A stretch of DNA of 64,000 nucleotides. Origin: an uncultured virus (IMG/VR IMGVR_UViG_3300033074_001537) (taxonomy: Duplodnaviria; Heunggongvirae; Uroviricota; Caudoviricetes). The position numbers and the translations under genes are program-made. Under the pieces are notes generated by a model. The model ran no database searches and was not told where the DNA came from. It saw only the letters and a program-made list of their open reading frames with translations. The stretch is from the IMG/VR virus record IMGVR_UViG_3300033074_001537; one strand, given 5' to 3'. This document shows, piece after piece, positions 27,121 through 35,648 of this stretch (its first letter is position 1; every line of letters begins with the position of its first letter).

Positions 27121-28414
27121 CAAAAAAGATTCCTACGGGATGACGATGTCCTTCGAGCGGCTGGTTGCATGTATGTGCGCCAGCCGCGCCTCGTTCATCG
27201 GCAAGATCATCACCATCGACCCATCGCGTCTCGGCGACCCGGCCGCGCAGCTCGCCGTTCGCTGCGCGCTGGCGATTTTCAAAGACACGGGGCACGGCCC
27301 GAGCAGCACGGTCATCTGCGCGCAGCGCGCGCGAAGGTGGGTGCACGAGGGCTCCACCACCTACGAAGAGCTGAACATGATGCTCGACATGTTCATCGAG
27401 GCCCCGCACGAGAAGACTGGCGAGGCCGACGTGCTTGGGGAGCTCGTACCCGTACTCAAGCGCGCGGCGCACCAAGAGATCGTCACGAGCACCATGACCG
27501 AGTTCGCGAACCGCGGTGACTTCACCAAGGTCCGCAAAAAGCTGGACGAGGTAGACCGGCTGGGCGTCGTGGATACGTCGCTCGGTACGATTCTCGGCAC
27601 CGAAGACGTGTTCTCGGAGATCAACCGCTCCAACCTCGCAGACAGGCGGAGCACGGGCATCTTCGAGCTCGACCTCGTGCTGCAAGGCGGCCTGCCTCGT
27701 GGGTGCTTGCTGATCGCCGTGGCCGGCACGAGCGGCGGCAAGAGCGTCTTTATGAATCACATGAGCGCCAAGGGTCTGCGCGACGGGTTGTTCGTCGGAT
27801 ACGCGACCCTGGAGCTGAACGTGGCCACGGTGAACGCGCGCCTGCTGGCCAACCTCACCGAAGTGCCGATCAACACGATCATGGGCGGCAACCACACGAT
27901 CGCCCGTGAGAAGTACGAAGAGATGAAGCCCAACCTCGGGCAGTTCGTGAGCAAGTGGTTCCCTGCGAAGCTCACGACCATGACGGACATCAACGCGTGG
28001 GTGGCCGACGCCGAGCAGCGCATGGGTCGCAAGATGGATTTGTTGGCCGTGGACTACGGCGACAAACTGGCTTCGACGAAGCAAGCCGACAACATGCAGT
28101 CGAGCAGCTACGCCGCGATGGACACGGTGTACGAGACGATGCGCATGTCGAGCGAGGTTGCGCAGCGCTTCACGATCACCGGGTCGCAGGCGCAGCGTCG
28201 CAAGACCAACGACCGCAACAAGCGCATCGAGTCGGAAGACATCGCGGACTCGATGGCGAAAGCACGCATCTGCGACCAGATGATCTCGATGGTCAAGAGC
28301 GACGACGGCATGATTACCTTCTTCGTCGCCAAGAACCGCTTTGGTGACGAGAACATGCTGGTCGGCCCCGTGGCTACCAACTTCGCGTGCGGGCGCATCG
28401 CGGGGGTGTACTGA
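27113..28414 (+). CDS. DnaB-like replicative helicase
   Basis: STGIFELD...GG, AGTSGGKS, YATLE, VDYGD, SQ, KNRFG. Confidence 0.9.
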   Translation: MADKKDSYGMTMSFERLVACMCASRASFIGKIITIDPSRLGDPAAQLAVRCALAIFKDTGHGPSSTVICAQRARRWVHEGSTTYEELNMMLDMFIEAPHEKTGEADVLGELVPVLKRAAHQEIVTSTMTEFANRGDFTKVRKKLDEVDRLGVVDTSLGTILGTEDVFSEINRSNLADRRSTGIFELDLVLQGGLPRGCLLIAVAGTSGGKSVFMNHMSAKGLRDGLFVGYATLELNVATVNARLLANLTEVPINTIMGGNHTIAREKYEEMKPNLGQFVSKWFPAKLTTMTDINAWVADAEQRMGRKMDLLAVDYGDKLASTKQADNMQSSSYAAMDTVYETMRMSSEVAQRFTITGSQAQRRKTNDRNKRIESEDIADSMAKARICDQMISMVKSDDGMITFFVAKNRFGDENMLVGPVATNFACGRIAGVY

Positions 28415-29301
28415 TGCGCTACCGCCAGCTCAAGGACGCGGTCGCCGCAGCACTGGAGAGCCCCGAGGCACGCCGAAGCAACGGCCGCGCACGGGTGCTC
28501 TGCCCAAACTGCGTGAGCAGCAAGACCAACCGGCCTGACCACAGCATGTCCGTGCACCTTATCGCCGGGTGGTTCTACTGCCAGCGATGCAACGTGCGCG
28601 GCAAGCTGTGGGACAGCGTAGAAGAGACGGTGCGGGCGATAGGCGGCGACGACACAGCACCGGCCTTCGAGTTCTCGTCGGCGGTGTCCGGCGGCCAAGC
28701 GCTGTGGGCCGTCTCCCGTGAACACGGGCTCGGCAAAAAGCTCGCGCAGTTCATCGAGTATCGAAAGCTCCCTGAGCTGTGGCACGCGCCGTTCGTGACC
28801 GTGCGATCGAGTTTGAACACGGACACCGACTTCTCGCTGACGGCGCTCATGCACCGCGTGGATAAGCTCGACGAGGTAGCAGGCGCGCAGCGCTTGTACT
28901 GCTCAGAGCAATTCTCGCGGTGGGTCGTCGAGAAGCGAACCTTGGCGGGGAGCGACCGAGCCCACGCGTTCTACAACGCACACCAGCTCATGCGCCCGTG
29001 CCGGCGCCCGGTGCTGGTGGTCGAGGGGCTGTTCGACGCGGTTGCGCACCTACCTGACGCAGTCGCAGTGATGGGCACCCCCGCGGAGGGGCATCTCGAA
29101 GCGCTCGCCTTCGCGCCGCGCCCTGTCGTACTCGTGCTCGACGGCGACGCCTGGGAGCGTGGGTGGGCGAACTCCGAGTACCTACGCTTCATGGGGCAGT
29201 GGTCTGCGTCGGTTCGGCTGCCGCCCCGAAAAGACCCCGACGACTTCACGCGAGCACAGTTGATGCGTGCAGCGATCGACGAGCTTCTCGAAACCGTATG
29301 A
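28414..29301 (+). CDS. DNA primase (Zn finger + TOPRIM)
   Basis: CPNC...CQRC; VVEGLFDA; LDGDA; KDPDD. Confidence 0.88.
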   Translation: MRYRQLKDAVAAALESPEARRSNGRARVLCPNCVSSKTNRPDHSMSVHLIAGWFYCQRCNVRGKLWDSVEETVRAIGGDDTAPAFEFSSAVSGGQALWAVSREHGLGKKLAQFIEYRKLPELWHAPFVTVRSSLNTDTDFSLTALMHRVDKLDEVAGAQRLYCSEQFSRWVVEKRTLAGSDRAHAFYNAHQLMRPCRRPVLVVEGLFDAVAHLPDAVAVMGTPAEGHLEALAFAPRPVVLVLDGDAWERGWANSEYLRFMGQWSASVRLPPRKDPDDFTRAQLMRAAIDELLETV

Positions 29302-30065
29302 GCTTCCGCACCGTCGGCAACACGAAGCGAAAACCTGCAACGGCTCGGCGCGCAGCGAAACAGGTTTCCATCTACCACCTGACCGGCGGCGACCCCGAGC
29401 TCTGCAAAACACTGTACGATCCTGTCCCGCGTATTCGCGTCGTCGCGCCGCCCCCTGAGCTCTACACGCCAAAGACAAAGATGCGGTGGTCCCTTGACCT
29501 GCGCGGGCAGTGGGGGCTACTCAACGCACTCCGAGGGTATGCGCCCACCGACCGCGCAGCCCTCGGCACGCACTGGCACTGCGTATGCCGCTGCGGCGCG
29601 CAGGTTATGGTCATCGCCTCGAAGCTCACCCAAGGTGCCGTGTTCGCCTGCTCGTGGGCGTGTTGGAACCGTCACGTCGAAGCCGTCATGGAGCTCGACG
29701 GTGTGCCTCGCGAAACTGCGGTGCTCTCGCTGCTGGCCCTGACGCGCACGAGAATTCGCCGCTTCCTCATCGGGCAGCTTGGGGGGATCGACCCACACGA
29801 TCATAAACGAATTCTTACAACAACCCGTCTCGTGAAAGGTACGGAACGGGTTGCACAAGGCATTATGCGCGCATGGGCGCGCCTCGACGAGCGCGAGTGC
29901 CACGTCGAGCTGACCCGGCGGTTTCTTCCTGACGGTGTAGAAGCGAAATGGGTGGCGCGTGTGACGCGCGCCACCGACGGCAAGACGAAAGCCGTGTCCG
30001 CCAACACAGCCATCGGCGCACTGCACAGGCTCGCCCGAGCGGTGAAAAGGGATCGTATTACATGA
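29298..30065 (+). CDS. Hypothetical protein with a Zn-binding motif like the N-termini of phage HNH/AP2 endonucleases
   Basis: DLRGQWGLL...WHCVCRCG...LTQG...CSWAC; no HNH motif seen. Confidence 0.6.
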   Translation: MSFRTVGNTKRKPATARRAAKQVSIYHLTGGDPELCKTLYDPVPRIRVVAPPPELYTPKTKMRWSLDLRGQWGLLNALRGYAPTDRAALGTHWHCVCRCGAQVMVIASKLTQGAVFACSWACWNRHVEAVMELDGVPRETAVLSLLALTRTRIRRFLIGQLGGIDPHDHKRILTTTRLVKGTERVAQGIMRAWARLDERECHVELTRRFLPDGVEAKWVARVTRATDGKTKAVSANTAIGALHRLARAVKRDRIT

Positions 30066-30388
30066 AGACGTTTGTGCTGCTGCACACCACCCTCGCGGGT
30101 GCGAAGCACCACTTGAACCCCGCAACCTGGGCCAAGCTGTTGCCGCACGGCACGCCGCTCGATCTGGAGTTCGAGCCGGAAAACGAGTTCGACAAGAACG
30201 CGATCCGGCTCATGCTCGGATCGCGCATCAAGGCGGGGTACATTCCCGCCACGCTCGCACCGATGATCGGTGCGCTGCTCAAGAACGGTCACTGCGTCAT
30301 GGCGGAAGTCGATGACGCCGATTCGAGTAGCCGCAACCCCACGGTGGGGATTGCGCTGCTCATGTTCGTAGCGGAGAGCAAACAATGA
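30062..30388 (+). CDS. HIRAN domain protein
   Basis: LEFEPENEFDKNAI...GYIP. Confidence 0.85.
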   Translation: MKTFVLLHTTLAGAKHHLNPATWAKLLPHGTPLDLEFEPENEFDKNAIRLMLGSRIKAGYIPATLAPMIGALLKNGHCVMAEVDDADSSSRNPTVGIALLMFVAESKQ

Positions 30389-31053
30389 AGAAGCTGGTTC
30401 GATTCTGGACGACCAACAACGGCGACGGTGGGTGCAGCGCGACGGTGGAGTTCGAGTGCTCGAACACCGAAGAGGCGCTCGCCGTGCTCGGTGAGCTCGG
30501 GTTCGTCAAGCGCCCCACGGTCGTGACGCTGCCGCCGGCTGCGCCCACGGTGCCGCCGCCCCCGAAGGCCAACCGCGTCGAGCCCGAGCCGACGCCGCCC
30601 CCCGCGGTCGCCGCGCCGGCCCCCGTCGCCCCGGCGCCCGCGGCGCCCGCGGCGCCCGCGGCCGAGGCCCCCGTGCGGCGCGGCCCCGGTCGCCCCCCGA
30701 AGAACCCGGCCCCCGTCGCCCCCGTGGCGCCCGCGCCTCAGCCGAAGCCGGCCCCGGCGCCCACCCCCGTCGAAGAGAGCGACGACCTCGACAGCCTCGA
30801 CGAGCCGGAGCCCGAGCCGGTCGCGGTGCGGTCTGGCGAAGACGACAAGATCGTGGCCGACGCGGCGAACCTCGGCAAGATTCGCGACGTGGTGGAGCTC
30901 ATCATCAAGCGCAAGGGCTTCACCAAGAGCGAGCAGATCGCGGACTGGGTCGCCAAGTACGGCGCCCGCATCGAGGCGGTTGCCCGGCTGGGTGACAAGG
31001 GTGTCGAGCGCGCGCGCACCGCGGCCGACCTGATGCTCCCCGACGAGGAGTAG
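30385..31053 (+). CDS. Pro/Ala-rich protein with an AT-hook-like motif
   Basis: RRGPGRPPK within a PAPA linker. Confidence 0.75.
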   Translation: MKKLVRFWTTNNGDGGCSATVEFECSNTEEALAVLGELGFVKRPTVVTLPPAAPTVPPPPKANRVEPEPTPPPAVAAPAPVAPAPAAPAAPAAEAPVRRGPGRPPKNPAPVAPVAPAPQPKPAPAPTPVEESDDLDSLDEPEPEPVAVRSGEDDKIVADAANLGKIRDVVELIIKRKGFTKSEQIADWVAKYGARIEAVARLGDKGVERARTAADLMLPDEE

Positions 31054-31062
31054 CCCGTACCG

Positions 31063-31103
31063 AGGCGCGGCTGGGTTTCTGCCCCGGCCGCGCCTTTCTT
31101 TTT
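31063..31103 (+). terminator. Rho-independent terminator
   Basis: aggcgcggc...gccgcgcct followed by ttcttttt. Confidence 0.75.
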
Positions 31104-31107
31104 AGAC

Positions 31108-31602
31108 ATGAGAACATTCATCCACCCGCGGTTTTCCATAATACATATGTCTGACGAAAGCCGCCTCAACGCATCGCACGAGCACTCGCTGTTGAGCACG
31201 GGCTACCCTCTCGGATCGTGCCAAGTGTGCAACCGCTCGTACAACGTCATGCGCGTTACGTTCAGTGCGCGAGCTCGTGGTGCTGCGCGATGGTCGTTCG
31301 ACTTGTGCCCGACTTGCGAACCGTCGGACGTGTGGGTTGACCGCGAGCAGTATTCTCGCTGCGAGAAAACGGTCCCGTTCAAGCGTGTGGAAACCTACAA
31401 GAGCGGGGGCATTCGCGTAGTGCTTTTCCACCGGCACTCCTCGTTCGTGATGGAGTCGATGCTCACGCACAACAGCTACATGAACCGTAATCTGCCGATC
31501 CCGAAGGAAATGCAGGCTCCGACGATCCTGTACACCGGGGTCGCACGGAAAGCACACGAGTTCATCGAGGCGTTGTTCGTTATGATGGGAATGGCCTTGT
31601 GA
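31108..31602 (+). CDS. CxxC-containing hypothetical protein (C-terminal motif family)
   Basis: CQVC...CPTC; ends EALFVMMGMAL; start uncertain. Confidence 0.65.
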   Translation: MRTFIHPRFSIIHMSDESRLNASHEHSLLSTGYPLGSCQVCNRSYNVMRVTFSARARGAARWSFDLCPTCEPSDVWVDREQYSRCEKTVPFKRVETYKSGGIRVVLFHRHSSFVMESMLTHNSYMNRNLPIPKEMQAPTILYTGVARKAHEFIEALFVMMGMAL

Positions 31603-32069
31603 GGTGCGCTGAATACGCGCCACGAATCGGCATAGCGCGAATGCTAGATAAGCGTTGCGCTAAGTGCGGTGCGGCGGACGCGTTGGAAATGTACCCTCTC
31701 AGCCAAAACTTGCTGCCGCCGGCTTGCTGCTTGTGCTGGCTGCACAGCATCGCGCGGGTAGAATATTCCAAACAGACACCCGACCGCGCACACGGTGCTT
31801 GGTCACACACCCGTGAATCGTCTGGCTTTCTTTTCAAAGAGCCGGTGATCTACGCAAACTCGGTGATGCCCAACAAGATGCTAACGACGGTAGCAACACT
31901 GCGTGTGTCGTGCGTCTCGTTCGTCGAAATCAACATGCACTGCGGCGACGTGCGAGGGGGGAGCGGGCTGGTGGGTCGGTTTCGCCGTACCGTCGTGTAC
32001 TCACGGAGCACAAAAAACGCCTTGGCGTTCTACGATGCGCTCCAAACGTCCGAGATAATCAGCAGTTGA
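31599..32069 (+). CDS. CxxC-containing hypothetical protein (C-terminal motif family)
   Basis: CAKC...CCLC; ends DALQTSEIISS. Confidence 0.65.
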   Translation: MRCAEYAPRIGIARMLDKRCAKCGAADALEMYPLSQNLLPPACCLCWLHSIARVEYSKQTPDRAHGAWSHTRESSGFLFKEPVIYANSVMPNKMLTTVATLRVSCVSFVEINMHCGDVRGGSGLVGRFRRTVVYSRSTKNALAFYDALQTSEIISS

Positions 32070-32077
32070 GGGAAAAC

Positions 32078-32644
32078 ATGCTACAAGAATTGGTGAAGAC
32101 GCTCGTAAACAACACCGCCACGCGCGACAACCCGCAGATTGTCATACTCCGCGGGCTGCCGGGGGCCGGCAAGACTGCGGTGGCCGACTACCTGCGCTCA
32201 GAACTCCTCGCGCATGGGCGCGTTGCGTACGTCACGAGCCTTCTCAACGCGGCGGCGCGACGTAGTTGGTCGGTGCCGAGCAGAAAACTCCAGGCCGACG
32301 AGCTTTTGGAGCTCGACACATGGATGTTCGCAGACGCGGACAGTGTGATGCGTGAATCGCGTGGGTACGCGACGCCAAACGTGCTGATCGTGGACTCGTC
32401 TTCGATCTTCAACGAAGACGTGTCGCCCTACATCATGCTCGCGCGGCTCGATGGGATGGTCCCCCACATCGTCGCGTGCATCGCAGACCCGTACGAGGCG
32501 TACAAGCGCTCGCGGAAGTTCTACTCCGAGGCGCAGCTCGTGCAGCTCGTGCCAAAGTTCATGGGGGAGATCATGCACCAGCCCCCCTTCTGGCCGAAGG
32601 CGTTGCACGTCTACCCGTCGAAGGAGCTCTCGCTGTGGGCGTAG
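32078..32644 (+). CDS. P-loop kinase (AAA_33/polynucleotide kinase-like)
   Basis: IVILRGLPGAGKT; LIVD. Confidence 0.8.
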   Translation: MLQELVKTLVNNTATRDNPQIVILRGLPGAGKTAVADYLRSELLAHGRVAYVTSLLNAAARRSWSVPSRKLQADELLELDTWMFADADSVMRESRGYATPNVLIVDSSSIFNEDVSPYIMLARLDGMVPHIVACIADPYEAYKRSRKFYSEAQLVQLVPKFMGEIMHQPPFWPKALHVYPSKELSLWA

Positions 32645-33198
32645 CATACGCCGGCTACGGGGTGTGGCCGTTCAACCGCCCCGACCGCGAACCGATCGCC
32701 GTGTTTCACGGCGACAACGCCCAGGAGCTCGCACGGAACTACGCCAACCTCGTCGGTGGAGCGCTGGTGAGCCCCGTGACCTGCATCACGTCGAACCGTA
32801 GTGACGACGTGTTGCGGAGCGTCTCCAACTACGAAGAAGTCATCGCGACCTTGGAGCGCAAGGTCGAAGACGTGGAGCACAATCTGGAGCTGGAGCGCCT
32901 CGGCCGCGAAGACACGCGTAGGCAGAATCTAGCGGCGCTGGCAGCCTATTCCAAACAAGTCGCAGCGCTCTTGCGCGCGGTCAACGCTGTGCCTTCGCAG
33001 GGGTTCTCGCACCAACACATCGTAGACAGCGTGGTCGAGCGCAGGTTCTACGACGAGAAGTACGTTCACGAGCTGGAAGTCGCCCTGGGGCTAGAGGGCT
33101 TCCCCGAAGTCGCCATCGAGCGTCTCCGCAGACGGTGCATCATCGCGGGAGGCAACTACGCAATTCGTCCGCACGATGGAAAGGTCGCGACACCGTGA
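32635..33198 (+). CDS. Hypothetical coiled-coil protein
   Basis: AAGGAG RBS before GTG 32635. Confidence 0.65.
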   Translation: MGVAYAGYGVWPFNRPDREPIAVFHGDNAQELARNYANLVGGALVSPVTCITSNRSDDVLRSVSNYEEVIATLERKVEDVEHNLELERLGREDTRRQNLAALAAYSKQVAALLRAVNAVPSQGFSHQHIVDSVVERRFYDEKYVHELEVALGLEGFPEVAIERLRRRCIIAGGNYAIRPHDGKVATP

Positions 33199-34022
33199 GC
33201 AACAAGCTGCTGCCCCCGGAAAACCTGCTGCGCAACCGGCCGAAGAAGGGTACGACGAACATCAAGCGCATCGGTAAGCAGCGGTTGCGCCACGAGATGA
33301 ACCTCGCGAACCTGCGCTTGATCGGCGTAGACAAGGCGCGCCCCAAGACGCGTGCCGACTGTCTGCAAGGGCCGAATGCGCAGCGCCCGTGCCCGTTCGT
33401 GTCGTGCAAGCACCACCTGTACCTCGACGTGAATCAGCGCGTGGGCTCCATCAAGCTGAATTTCAGCGACCTCGACGTAGGGATGCTGTGGGAGACATGC
33501 TCGCTCGACGTGGCCGACCGCAACGGCGCGTCGCTCGACGAGATCGCGAAGTACATGAACCTCGGGCGTGAGCGCGTCCGTCAGATCGAAGAGGCGGCGC
33601 TCGCGAAGCTGAAAGATGGTGTGGCCGCGTTGGGAATCAGCGCGAGCGATATCACGCACACGTTCAGCGCGTGGGATACCGCGACCTCGCCCGTCACCTC
33701 CGAGGTAGACGGCATCGACGACAGCGAATACAGGGCCATCTCGCGCCAAGTAATCCGAGACTCGGGCGACTTGCTCAAGGTGCCGGTGTTCATGCGCGGC
33801 GACATGGCGCTGCTCAGCAGTGAGAGGGGGCGCAAGTTCGTCTTGGCCCGCGCGACGAAGAAGCTCGATCGGTACAAGCGGGGGCTGGCCACCGCGCAGG
33901 GGTATCTTGCGAAGTGCGTCGCCAAGAACCGCAGCACCGTGATCGCGCAGCGCTCGATCCACCGATACAAGCAGCTCATGGCCCTGACGGCGCGCCGGAT
34001 CGAAGCGATCCAGAACTTGTAA
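33195..34022 (+). CDS. Sigma70 region-4 HTH protein with a Cys/His N-terminal domain
   Basis: RPKTRADC...[16 protein letters not shown]...[20 protein letters not shown]. Confidence 0.85.
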   Translation: MSNKLLPPENLLRNRPKKGTTNIKRIGKQRLRHEMNLANLRLIGVDKARPKTRADCLQGPNAQRPCPFVSCKHHLYLDVNQRVGSIKLNFSDLDVGMLWETCSLDVADRNGASLDEIAKYMNLGRERVRQIEEAALAKLKDGVAALGISASDITHTFSAWDTATSPVTSEVDGIDDSEYRAISRQVIRDSGDLLKVPVFMRGDMALLSSERGRKFVLARATKKLDRYKRGLATAQGYLAKCVAKNRSTVIAQRSIHRYKQLMALTARRIEAIQNL

Positions 34023-34050
34023 GAACTTCGTGTAAGAACGAGGGTGGAAA

Positions 34051-34353
34051 ATGAATCTTTTTCAAATCGCAGACCAGATCGCAACCGGCAAGCTGGTCGA
34101 ACAAGACCACGTCGCGCGTGTACTCCGAGCCGCCGCGGACCTTGCCGCGGCTCGTAAGCTGGTTGTCGCGGCAGAGAATGCCTGCTTGCAAACACGCGAA
34201 GCCCTGCGTGGCGTGAACGAGCTGCACACGTTCCGAGCACCGCAGTACCGCTCTGCACAAGCCAACGTGCGCGCGGCCGACGCACGCATGACCCACGCCA
34301 AGCTGCGCTTCGCAGAAGCGCAGGCACACTTCGACAAGATCGTAGGAGGTTAA
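34051..34353 (+). CDS. Hypothetical helical protein
   Basis: GAGGG RBS-like sequence; in operon. Confidence 0.7.
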   Translation: MNLFQIADQIATGKLVEQDHVARVLRAAADLAAARKLVVAAENACLQTREALRGVNELHTFRAPQYRSAQANVRAADARMTHAKLRFAEAQAHFDKIVGG

Positions 34354-34359
34354 AAAGAA

Positions 34360-35214
34360 ATGCTGTCTATTGCTCAGTACCTCGCCGGGATCAAGCGCTG
34401 CGGAAACACGCCCAAGTCGTTCCGCAACTGGTTGGACTACGCCACGCAGGAAGACGAAAGCGACGGTGTGCCAAAGCACAAGTTCGACGCGTGCGGTGGG
34501 GGGTTTCTCAACCCGCTGTCTCAACAGCCCAAAACAACCATCATCGCGGTGTACAAATACTGCCGAGCGACCCGCAAGAGCGGGGTGCCTGCGGCTCCGC
34601 GTAACGACAACTTCGTGATCGGGTTCGGTGCGCTGGACGCGCCCCACTGGTCGCACGGCGCGCTCAGCAAGTGGTTCGTTGGCATGGAGTGGTTTAGCCA
34701 ACTCGGCTTGAGCCTGCGTGGGGTTGGGGCGTCCCCGATGCTGGCGGGGATGCTCAACACCATCCCGCAGGCGATTCCCGGTGCTTGGTGGGCGGCGTGC
34801 CCGCATGGGTTCACCGTGTCCACTCCCGGCAACAACGTGGTGGAGCTGCGCCCGTACCCCGCGGGCAGCGACGTGCACTTCCTCGCGTACTACGGCGACC
34901 AGACGGCCGACGTAGCGCCGGAGGCGGACCTCGGGCAGATCATCTTCGATCTCGTCACGAAGCCGCGTACGCAGAAGCCGATGACCACGCCGCGAGAGCC
35001 CGAGCAGCCTACGGTTGCCACGGCGTCCCCGTCGGTGGCTTACGCGCGTTTCCGAGACATGGAGCGGGAGATGGACGAGCTTCGCTTGACCGTGAAGAAG
35101 CTCACGGGCGGCGCGGAGATCGCCAAGTACGTTCTGCAACAGATCAACAACGGGTCTGCCGTACCCCCGGCGCTCGTGAACTACGCCATCGCCCGTCTCG
35201 GGGGTGGCGAGTGA
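34360..35214 (+). CDS. Hypothetical protein
   Basis: AGGAGG RBS. Confidence 0.75.
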   Translation: MLSIAQYLAGIKRCGNTPKSFRNWLDYATQEDESDGVPKHKFDACGGGFLNPLSQQPKTTIIAVYKYCRATRKSGVPAAPRNDNFVIGFGALDAPHWSHGALSKWFVGMEWFSQLGLSLRGVGASPMLAGMLNTIPQAIPGAWWAACPHGFTVSTPGNNVVELRPYPAGSDVHFLAYYGDQTADVAPEADLGQIIFDLVTKPRTQKPMTTPREPEQPTVATASPSVAYARFRDMEREMDELRLTVKKLTGGAEIAKYVLQQINNGSAVPPALVNYAIARLGGGE

Positions 35215-35648
35215 ACGGGGCAGAGCTTCTCGTGGCGCTCTTGTCGCTGTGGCGGCACATGCGGTACCGCGAGTGCATCGAAGCGCACCGCGCTCAGATC
35301 GTCGCCGTCGCAGAGGCGGGTGAACGTGAGTACGGCGTGCCCGCCGGCTTGTCGCTGGTGACGGGCTTCTTCGAGACACACCTGGGCTGCGCGCACGGTG
35401 AGGGTGGCAATTGGGGTGCGCCCATCGACCGCTTTCACCGGCACACCGCAGGTACGCCCATGCACGCCGTGCGTGCGATGGCTGCAAGCTACCGAGTGTG
35501 CGGCACCTGGGTTGGTGCGGTGGGTCGCTTTCGTTCGGGCTTGTGCCACCCGACGAACCCCCTGCATCGTGTGGCGGTCACCATGCGCGTGCGAACTACA
35601 CGCATCATCTACCAGCAGGCGGGCCTACCCGTCCCCGAGGGCTTGTGA
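35211..35648 (+). CDS. Putative lysozyme-like/SLT transglycosylase
   Basis: EYGVPAGLSLVTGFFET resembles the SLT catalytic Glu motif; hydrophobic N-terminus. Confidence 0.5.
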   Translation: MNGAELLVALLSLWRHMRYRECIEAHRAQIVAVAEAGEREYGVPAGLSLVTGFFETHLGCAHGEGGNWGAPIDRFHRHTAGTPMHAVRAMAASYRVCGTWVGAVGRFRSGLCHPTNPLHRVAVTMRVRTTRIIYQQAGLPVPEGL

